Shown: positions 63,195-64,000 of the stretch, in pieces
Numbering within the stretch: the stretch's first letter is position 1
Layout of the letters: every line of letters begins with the position of its first letter
From: Mobula hypostoma
Taxonomy: Eukaryota
Assembly: GCF_963921235.1 (NCBI RefSeq)
Contig: NC_086097.1
Location: forward strand, 132,062,001-132,126,000
Reading direction: 5' to 3'
DNA length: 64,000 nt
The notes under the pieces: generated by a model
Databases searched by the model: none
Seen by the model: the letters and a program-made list of their open reading frames with translations, nothing else
What the model was told of the DNA's origin: nothing
Made by a program: the position numbers and the translations under genes

Positions 63195-64000
63195 TAGATA
63201 GGTAGATAGATAGATACTTTATTAATTCCGAAGGAAATAACTGTGTCACAGTAGCATTACAAGTGTACAAGATATTCAAATATATAAATATTAGAAGGGA
63301 AGTAAGAAAGAATACAAAATAAGTTACCTCAAACAGTCTAACAGGAGGGGGTCATCACTTCCCATCTATAGGTTAATCATTATAGAGCCTAATGGCTGAG
63401 GGTAAGAATGATCTCATATAGTGCTCTTTAGAGCAGTGCATTTGTCTTAGTTGATGACTAAAAGTGCTCCTCTGTTCAGCCAAGGTGGCATGCAGCGGGT
63501 GAGAAACATTATCCAAAATTACCAGGATTTTCCGCAGAGTCCTTTGTTCTACCACAGCCTCCAGTATGTCCAGTTTGGCTCCTATAGCAGAGTCAGCCTT
63601 TCTAATCAGTTTATTGAGCCTGTTGGTATTACTTGTGTTGATGCCGTAGCCCCAGCTCACCACTGCATAGAAGATTGTACTGGCCACAATAGACAGGTAG
63701 AGCATATGAAGGAGAGGCCTGCACACTCCAAAGGATTCCAGTCTCCTCAGGAAGTAGAGGCGGCTCTGGCCTTTCTTGTACACGGCCTCTGTTTTGGTGC
63801 TCCACTCAAGTCTGCCATCCACGTGCATGCCCAGGTATTTGTAGGTCCTCACCTCATCCACGTCCTCACCATCAATAGTAACAGGGAGCAGTGCAGGGTT
63901 AGTCTTCCTAAAGTCCATCATTGTCTCCTTTGTCTTACTAATGTTGAGCTGCAGTTTGCACCATTTGACAAAATCCTCCACCAGGGCCCTATATTCATCC
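63195..64000 (-). mobile_element. Rex1/Babar 3' fragment (runs off the window)
   Basis: LQLNISKTKE..YKYLG..KKGQSRLYFLRRL..SFLPSAIRLYN; (agat)n tail. Confidence 0.92.

Overview
Eukaryotic, repeat-dominated genomic DNA. The repeat complement (CR1/HER1-type LINEs, V/HE1-like SINEs, Deu-domain SINEs, abundant Penelope tails, Rex1/Babar) points to a cartilaginous fish, most likely a ray (inference). Nearly all ORFs in the supplied track are decayed transposon fragments or chance ORFs. Reading splice signals by hand recovers a minus-strand gene the ORF track misses: seven GT-AG exons between 35079 and 14030 whose phases all join into one open 214-codon frame ending in TGA. I cannot assign the protein to a family. 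The most unusual non-coding signal is in the 3' UTR of a HERO-type (restriction-like endonuclease) retrotransposon at about 29400-29470. All three strands and helices of a hammerhead ribozyme are present there, but in a non-canonical permuted order, with one core base mutated and a competing 12-bp helix. Other content: two hAT transposons with intact TIRs and 8-bp TSDs, a Tc1-like/hAT/SINE triple nest, a Gypsy chromodomain plus LTR remnant, Penelope inverted structures with minimal hammerheads, and two TE-derived minisatellites. Repeat boundaries are approximate unless a TSD is quoted. Family names come from remembered motifs, not database searches.
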